Shown here: positions 63,778 to 64,000 of the stretch, in pieces | How the letters are laid out: each line of letters starts with the position of its first letter | Numbering within the stretch: position 1 is the stretch's first letter | Notes under the pieces: model-generated | The model's input: the letters and a program-made list of their open reading frames with translations, nothing else | Told to the model about the DNA's origin: nothing | Database searches by the model: none | Program-made: the position numbers and the translations under genes | Assembly: GCA_041658605.1 (NCBI GenBank) | Contig: JBAZZU010000003.1 | Location: forward strand, 23,354 to 87,353 | DNA length: 64,000 nt | Direction: 5' to 3' | Source: Thermoleophilia bacterium | Lineage (GTDB): Bacteria > Actinomycetota > Thermoleophilia > BMS3ABIN01

Positions 63778-64000
63778 GGGTTCTTCTCCATCGCTAAAAG
63801 GGCGCAGTCGATGGGGTTACTTGAAAATGTGGTGTCCATCAACGACCGAGAACGTGCGTCTATAACGCATGTTGGCCCTATCATCCACCCCAACCCTTCC
63901 GACGCCGCTTTCATCCACGCGGCCGAATCACAAGGAGCCCAGGCCCACCCGCCGTCGATGGCGTCAAGGGTGCATCGGTCGGTCGGGCGATTGAACGGAC

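Noticed and set aside
1-64000. CRISPR arrays, integrase/att sites, rRNA genes.
   Set aside because: No spaced direct repeats, no tyrosine/serine recombinase motifs and no rRNA-like segments were seen. The window appears to be an internal part of a phage genome.
63774-64000. Partial minus-strand ORF at the right edge.
   Set aside because: All three minus frames hit stops within ~40 nt upstream of the 63777 start. No supportable partial gene could be defined.

Overview
The window reads as a large segment of a high-GC (~63%) tailed-phage genome, myovirus-like (tail sheath and tube genes). I saw no integrase or att site.

Plus strand, in order:
- A 5'-truncated large terminase, a portal candidate, and a MuF-like head-morphogenesis gene.
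- An ~18 kb 'cargo' island of unusual, mostly giant proteins:
  - an 819-aa Ala/Gly/Thr-rich protein ending in a strong terminator
  - a ChaB-domain protein
  - a protein-kinase-like protein
  - an orphan SNF2 C-lobe
  - two paralogous 573- and 777-aa proteins
  - an antisense beta-class DNA methyltransferase
  - a DUF1643 protein
  - a 1900-aa protein with a complete C-terminal SNF2 helicase
- Several of these cargo proteins carry QLxLF-type pentapeptides that match the beta-sliding-clamp-binding consensus.
- A canonical head module (HK97-type prohead protease, acidic scaffold, major capsid protein, terminator).
- Head-tail joining genes, a contractile-tail module (sheath, tube, chaperones G/GT with a GGGAAAA -1 frameshift site, tape measure, baseplate and fiber genes), and a lysis cassette (amidase endolysin, lipoproteins, membrane proteins).
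- A convergent hairpin at ~50.35 kb that separates the plus-strand genes from the minus-strand operon.

Minus strand, a long translationally coupled early/DNA-metabolism operon:
- tRNA-Ala(UGC).
- A radical-SAM protein paired with a Gp37/Gp68 (DUF5131) protein, sharing an exact 22-nt start/stop coupling element.
- A ribosomal bL12 (L7/L12) C-terminal-domain homolog behind a near-consensus sigma70 promoter.
- An SF2 helicase, a C5-cytosine DNA methyltransferase, ThyX and XRE regulators.

Low-GC patches mark recently exchanged modules: the fiber C-termini, the C-terminal parts of the giant proteins, and a moron at 51.0-51.5 kb.

All calls rest on reading motifs and context only. No database search was run, and self-derived coordinates may be off by 1-2 nt.
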